The notes below the pieces were generated by a model that saw only the letters and a list, made by a program, of their open reading frames with translations, had not been told where the DNA came from and did not search any database. From assembly GCF_038025025.1 (NCBI RefSeq), contig NW_027117346.1, positions 1,674,001-1,738,000 on the forward strand: DNA of 64,000 nt. Reading direction: 5' to 3'. A program made the translations under genes and the position numbers. The stretch comes from Phyllosticta citribraziliensis. Lineage: Eukaryota. Positions 61,715 through 64,000 of the stretch are shown one piece after another. How positions within the stretch are numbered: the first letter of the stretch is position 1; each line of letters begins with the position of its first letter.

Positions 61715-63302
61715 TCAAGCCTTGCCGTCGCAAAACTGCACAACGGCCCACTTGCCGCTCCACGCCCACTTCCTGCATCCGCTGTCGCCACCGCCACCCT
61801 CCATCTGCCGAAGCTCCTCGTCGCGGCCCTCGGGCAAGCCAACGACGACGTCAGCCTTGCAGGTGCGCAGCGCGAGGACGCGGACGCCGCTGGACGGTCC
61901 AAGGGGCCCAATGGCAGTCGTAAACGGCGTCGCTGGGTCCCAGACGGCGTCGCCCGTCAGCTTGCGGTAGTTGAGGTCGCCCTTGAAGACGACGAGCTCG
62001 CTCTGCTTGAGGTCGTCGTGCAGGGCGGGCGCCGTGGCCGGCAGGCGCCAGAAGCTGCCGCCCTCGGTCCAGAAGGTGTTGGGGCGGATGGCGAGCTGGC
62101 CCTCGGCGTGGAAGCCGCTCCAGCGGTCGAACAGGAACGACAGCTCTTCTGCCTGCGTTGGCGATAGCGGCGGCGAAGGCGCGCGCTCGGCGTGCTTGTC
62201 GTCGTCGGACTGGCTCGTGTAAAAGGCCTGCGGGTCGGCCAGCGCGTTGAGCAGCGCGCCAAAGTCGGCCGGGATCACGTCCGACACGAACCACGGGATC
62301 GACTTGGGGTGCAGCACCACGTTGGTGGCCAGCCCCGCCGACAGCAGGTAGCCGGCCAGGATCAGGTCGACGAACAGCTCGAAGCCCGCGTTGTCGAGCA
62401 CAATGTCGACGCGGCGCTCCGCCTTGCCCGCCTTTTTGGCCGCCAGCAGCGTCTCGTACGCCGCCTCGAGGTCGTTGACCAGAATGTTCTTCTCCGACGC
62501 CTTGCGCGCCTCGGAGCCCTGCAGCTTTTGAATGTCTTCGTACGACAAGTTGGTCAGGAGCGACAGGTCCGTCGCGTTGCCCCAGAGGCAAATCTCGCTC
62601 ATTTCCATGAACAGGATCTTGTCGGCCGCCTCCTTTGCCTCGGCCGTCTGCTGCGCCGACTTGCCCGTCTCGAGCTGCGTCACGAGCTCCTTGTACTTGG
62701 CGGCAAGCTCGATGACGGCCGGGCGCGACGACTTGAAGGTCGAGATCTTCTGGCGGGCGAAGATGTCGTAGTTGGTCCACTTGGACGACCGCTTGAAAAG
62801 CGTGCTGATGCGCCTATCTGCACAGGTCAACGCACCGTCCAGCGTCACTTCGGTCGGCGTCCGTTTTACCTGTACATGTAGCACTCCGAGTACAGCCATG
62901 GCACGTCGAACCATGTCGGGTTGCCCAGCTGCTCCAATTCCTTGTTGTATCCGGCAATGTCGGGCTCGCCGTCGTCCTCGAGCGGCGTCAACTGGCGGTC
63001 GTGTTGGAGCTCGTACTTGAGCTTTGCCATGCCCTCGACAATCTGCTTGCCCTGCTTTTGCGTCTCGGCGTCGTCGGACGCGATGATGCCGCGGTGCACG
63101 TCATCAATGCCTTGGGTCTGCGGAGAGTCAGCACCGTGATGTCGCAGGCAGAGAGAGAGACTGACAATGATGACAGGCCATCGGTCCTTGGCAGAAATGT
63201 AGGCAAAGGACGTCTTGTCCGAGGTGTTGTAGAGCGCTGCATTATGTTAGAGCCGCGAGACAGCGCGTAGGCTCACTCACGCGTCTTTGTGTCGTATTCC
63301 AT
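61715..63302 (-). CDS. DUF89 / ARMT1-like damage-control phosphatase (YMR027W-like). Predicted complement(join(61715..62813,62870..63117,63166..63236,63281..63302))
   Basis: SFAY.SA.DRWPVII|T, W.DVPWLYSECY.YRR, CLWGNATDLSLL, DIVLDNAGFEL..DL, HPK.IPWFVSDV, FKGDLNYRKL, LRTCKAD. Three introns keep phase. Confidence 0.94.
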
Positions 63303-64000
63303 GGCGGCGGTGTTGGCGTTGGATGGAAAATGTCAGTTCGGGGTTGGCGGGGTACCACACCGTCTTTGCCCCTCGATCTGGCTCAATGACGTCGGCGGAT
63401 CCATGTCCCGAAGCGGTGATCTTCCCGGGCAGTGGGGACACATAAACAGCGTTGCTGAACGCGTTCAGAATGGCTTCCGCCAGAAGCATGGCACCAGACT
63501 CTATTGAATGTGTGCTATAACGTGTTCCCATGCCTTGTGCAATAAGTATCATTGGCAGAGCACATGGAGGACCAATTTGTAAATCGGTACAGTCTCAACT
63601 TCCATCAGTTCCTCGGCCAATCCTCACGGGTTTGCACTGCCAAAACACGCTTCGGATTGCGAGTGCTGGAAACCGGGTCGCAACATGAAAGTAATTGCTT
63701 TCCTGTTGTTCGACGAGGAGAAACAAAAAGGTACAACTGGAGTGGATGGTCGTGCTTAGTAAGCGAACCACCGCCCGTTTTGTCAGTGCACTCGGTCGCT
63801 TCACTTCATGATTCTACACAGCCCTTTGCCTTTTGAACCTGGTTTTATATCGCAAAATGCTCTTCTTAAGCTTCTCTAGCTTAGGGGGACAGTTTACAGG
63901 TCCCACAAGAGTATTGTCAAGCTGTGCTGGACAACGAAGTTCACCTCAACCTTTTTCGAATTTTTTTTTTTCAGAGAGCTTGCCATGGTCGCTTACCTGT

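Noticed and set aside
2136..63302. Secondary-metabolite or other functional gene cluster
   Set aside because: There is no PKS, NRPS or terpene backbone gene, and the genes are functionally unrelated housekeeping and regulatory loci.

Overview
This is eukaryotic DNA from a filamentous ascomycete (Pezizomycotina). The evidence is short GT-AG introns with CTRAY branch sites and fungal-type gene families. I can support 17 protein-coding genes and one intron-containing tRNA-His(GUG). In order: a WOPR (Wor1/Ryp1/Sge1-type) regulator, cardiolipin synthase, a DHA1 MFS drug transporter, a WDR70-like WD40 protein, a NIPA/DUF803 transporter, mitochondrial SSB, an orphan with a C-terminal Zn2Cys6-like motif, a Ypp1-like TPR protein, Rix1, a hybrid histidine kinase, an F-box protein, a GDP-mannose transporter, a phosducin-like protein, a DUF3602 protein, a butanediol-dehydrogenase-like MDR enzyme, the tRNA, a CRIB protein and a DUF89 phosphatase. 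Intergenic regions are rich in microsatellites. The most unusual items are: (1) an F-box protein with what looks like a Tc1/IS630-type transposase helix-turn-helix fused in frame at its N-terminus; (2) a decayed 11-copy 33-bp (11-aa) repeat array with a 4-unit higher-order period; (3) a cryptic in-frame upstream exon on the WOPR regulator; (4) paired palindromic Yap1/AP-1 sites upstream of the drug transporter; (5) a hairpin-forming tRNA intron that can pair with its own anticodon. Family assignments come from motif recognition by eye and exon boundaries from splice signals. No database search was run.
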